Source: Stylophora pistillata (taxonomy: Eukaryota). From it: DNA of 64,000 bases. Under the pieces are notes generated by a model. The model saw only the letters and a program-made list of their open reading frames with translations. It made no database searches and was not told the origin of the DNA. Shown piece by piece: positions 62,345-64,000 of this stretch (positions are counted from its first letter, which is position 1; every line of letters starts with the position of its first letter). The DNA lies in contig NW_019218083.1 in the NCBI RefSeq assembly GCF_002571385.2, positions 112,820 through 176,819 of the forward strand, given 5' to 3'. A program made the translations under genes and the position numbers.

Positions 62345-64000
62345 CTGCAAATACAAAAAATTACATTAAAATGACTATCTGAGAACTGGAACAAAAAAAA
62401 TTTAACAATATACGAAAAAAAATACACTTCATTTTCAACAACAAAATAAGAGCAGGAGAAATTTAAAGATTGAGGAAATGTCTTCTAATAAGCCAGACTA
62501 GTCATACCCTTGTTTAGCAAACCTTTAACTTTATAAACACTCGATTAGCCCAGAGCTGAGAAATGTCTCACTTAAATCTAAGCACACAATTATTCTACCC
62601 GATCAATGCTAAATGGAAAAAATGAATGCTTCAAGTATCACAGAGTTCTGCTTTTATCCCTTAACTCAAAGAAAAACTAAACTGTTAGTCTGAAATTGAA
62701 AATACCATGTGATGATGTTGAAAGTATCACCTCTTTGAAGTTTATATCACACAGTAATTGTTAATTTTCAATTAACTATCTTTATTAACTAATCAGATTA
62801 CAATAAATTTAATACAAGTGGAAAAAATGGGATTTTTTTAACTGATATTAGTAGACAACAAAAAACAAAAACTGCTCTGATTTCTTAAAAACCAAAGAGG
62901 AAATTTAGAACTGATATCTTCTTATAGATATCTCATATGTTTGGCATAAAAGAATAAGTTTTCAAATCATTTAGATAGGCAAATATTAAGAGCAGGAAGG
63001 AGGACAGCTTCCATGCGGAATGCAGGAATTTATCAAGTTAATCGACTAGTGCATACTGGTGCATACCAACCATGAACACCCTTTTTAAATGTCAACAAAA
63101 TTATTGACGTTTCATTCACTATTCAAAATCAAATTTCCACCTGGGTGTCAAAAAAAAAATTTATAGCCCATTCTTTAAAATATGATAATAATCACGAATT
63201 TTTATATAATAACAGAGGAGTAGAGGAAGGAAACATGCTTTGGTAAGTTACGCTACGCTAAGTTTCTGTCGCCATTCTTAAATTGCTTCACTCCAAAAGA
63301 CTTTGACTTCCTCTACCTTTAGTAATAATTTATGATCAGGGTTTCTAATTGAATTCGCGGTTTATTTTCTTCGACATATTGCGAGAAAGGGGATTCAAGA
63401 GTATCATTAACGAAGATAAATAGAAAGAATTTTCTCAAGTGCAAACGTATCGTAATATCGAATTCTGTTTATCCGTTTTAGCATTAGACCGTGAACACGA
63501 GGCAAAATTCCAAACCTCAGACTTACATTATCGCACTGGGACATGCTTTACGCAACCACAGCCTCTCAGAGCTGATGTGCAGAAATTTTGGTTTTCTAAC
63601 CGTTTAGAGAGTATATTTAAGCACAGAGAAGGAGAAGGGAGTAATTTCGTGTCAGTACAACCGGCTGAAATACAAATAGGTTAAGCTTAGCGTTTAGCAA
63701 ACAAACGAGGGAACCCGTAAAAGGAAAAAGCATCGTCAACGATGTTTTGATCATATCGATAGCGCTTAGAAGGTCCCCATAAACGGAATACAAACTAAAT
63801 TATCAATATCACCGACTTAGAAAAATAACGAATTGTATCGAAATAACGGACGTTAAAGTCTCCAGTAAATACTAGCGTACGAGTGTAAAATAATACGGAC
63901 GTGAGTAAGTCTTCATTTACCATGGACACTAGAAGTCCGCTAGAATTCAAGATAGCTAGAGCGAGCGAACTGTCTGTTTCTTCACCAAACAATTTGAAAA

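Overview
AT-rich, intron-containing animal DNA, most likely from a stony coral (anthozoan). This is inferred from the gene set and repeat types. Six host genes can be reconstructed by hand with consistent splice phases. They are: an intronless LGR-like class A GPCR with an LRRNT cap but no LRRs (5478-6743); two tandem Shaw/Kv3-type K+ channel genes whose S6 gate reads PIS instead of PVP (18619-22840 and 37807-43875); two tandem 4-exon universal stress protein genes, the second needing a GC-AG intron (46090-48657 and 50210-52301); and the 3' 15 exons of a CDC14 phosphatase on the minus strand (62344-54961, 5' end outside the window). Intergenic and intronic DNA holds two LINE RT fragments, several MITEs, tRNA-derived SINEs and Penelope-like retroelement ends with minimal hammerhead ribozymes. 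Most notable: (i) three palindromic elements unrelated in sequence share one strand-specific architecture (long hairpin with a GA/GA mismatch and GNA-type loop, second IR pair, distal GACCAATCAG), suggesting a ssDNA-hairpin mobile element class; (ii) one SINE family carries three different 3' tails, all swapped at the same G-rich (G4-like) tract; (iii) five hammerhead motifs or relics include U3-A8 core variants and one interrupted by a fold-back insertion; (iv) the LRR-less LGR-like receptor. All calls come from reading the sequence; no database search was run.
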